From positions 22,803,175 to 22,867,174 of the forward strand of contig NC_092677.1 of NCBI RefSeq assembly GCF_964355755.1: a DNA stretch of 64,000 bases, given 5' to 3'. The DNA comes from Antedon mediterranea. Lineage: Eukaryota > Animalia > Echinodermata. Positions within the stretch are counted from its first letter, which is position 1; each line of letters opens with the position of its first letter. A model generated the notes under the pieces. The model made no database searches, was not told the origin of the DNA, and saw only the letters and a program-made list of their open reading frames with translations. Below, one piece after another: positions 63,181 to 64,000 of the stretch. The translations under genes were made by a program, and so were the position numbers.

Positions 63181-63389
63181 TCAAATATTGCATAATTTAT
63201 ACCGCCACCTATCGACAAAATCGAATATCACGTGACGTTTATTAGACGGCTGTAAAACTAAGACTATTTATTTCTTTTTCTCTTCTTCTTTTATGGAATT
63301 CAATAATTGCAATGGCCTCATAGCCGTGCCTGTGTCTCGCATAATAAATTATTGTATATATAAAAAACATAGCATTCACAGAAATCGTA

Positions 63390-63857
63390 TCCGGATATTC
63401 ACCCCCTGGACATTTACCCCCCGGAAAACTACCCCCCGGACAACCACCACCTGGACAACTACCCCCTTAGGACAACTACCCCTTTAGGACAACTATCCCC
63501 CGGACAACCACCACCTGGACAACTACCCCTTAGGACAACTACCCCCCCCCCCCCCCGGGTAATTACCCCGCGTAACTACCTCTGACACAATACTCCCCGT
63601 AGGACAACTACCTCCTGGACCTGGACAATACTCCGAGGGCAAATAATCTTTTAGGACAACTACCTCCGTAGGACAACTAACCCCTGGACAACTACCCACC
63701 AGACAATTACCCCCTAGGAACAATTACCCCCCCCCCCCCCCCGGGTAATTACCCCGCGGACAACTACCTCTGACACAATACTCCCCGTAGGACAACTATC
63801 CCCTGGACAACTACCACCCAGACAACTATCCCTTTAGAACAACACTACCCCCCGGAC
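63390..63857. repeat. GGACAACTACCCC-core repeat array (MITE-associated type)
   Basis: Many degenerate 15-18-bp units with a higher-order duplication. Confidence 0.85.
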
Positions 63858-64000
63858 TAAGAATTAATTTTTGTCTCAAATTTGTCATATATGTATTTTT
63901 GTACACTTGATGAATAATATCACTTTTGATATTTGACCTCAATGCACCGAATAAACGGCGATCTTTAAACAAATTCCCCTCAAATAAACGGTGACCATGT

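Overview
AT-rich genomic DNA from an animal, most likely a non-vertebrate and possibly an echinoderm-like deuterostome (inferred from gene structure and repeat content). Almost the whole window is one plus-strand phospholipase C-gamma (PLCG) gene. I assembled 32 GT-AG coding exons by hand from ATG 5091 to TAA 56608, about 1275 aa: PH, EF-hands, catalytic X, split PH, nSH2, cSH2, SH3, Y, C2 and a C-terminal coiled coil. A probable long 3' UTR runs to about 60.26 kb. The main finding is a tandemly duplicated, divergent exon pair (41021-41221 and 41355-41564). Each copy encodes the whole specificity-determining C-terminal half of the N-terminal SH2 domain, so they are candidate mutually exclusive exons that would swap the phosphopeptide-specificity surface. 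A frame-preserving 21-nt microexon candidate follows in the nSH2-cSH2 linker, with RBFOX-type motifs nearby, and there are further microexon candidates elsewhere. The introns hold tRNA-derived SINEs, hAT-, Kolobok-, piggyBac- and Tc1-like non-autonomous elements, a truncated LINE nested in a Harbinger-like element with a decayed Myb/SANT ORF, and many minisatellites.
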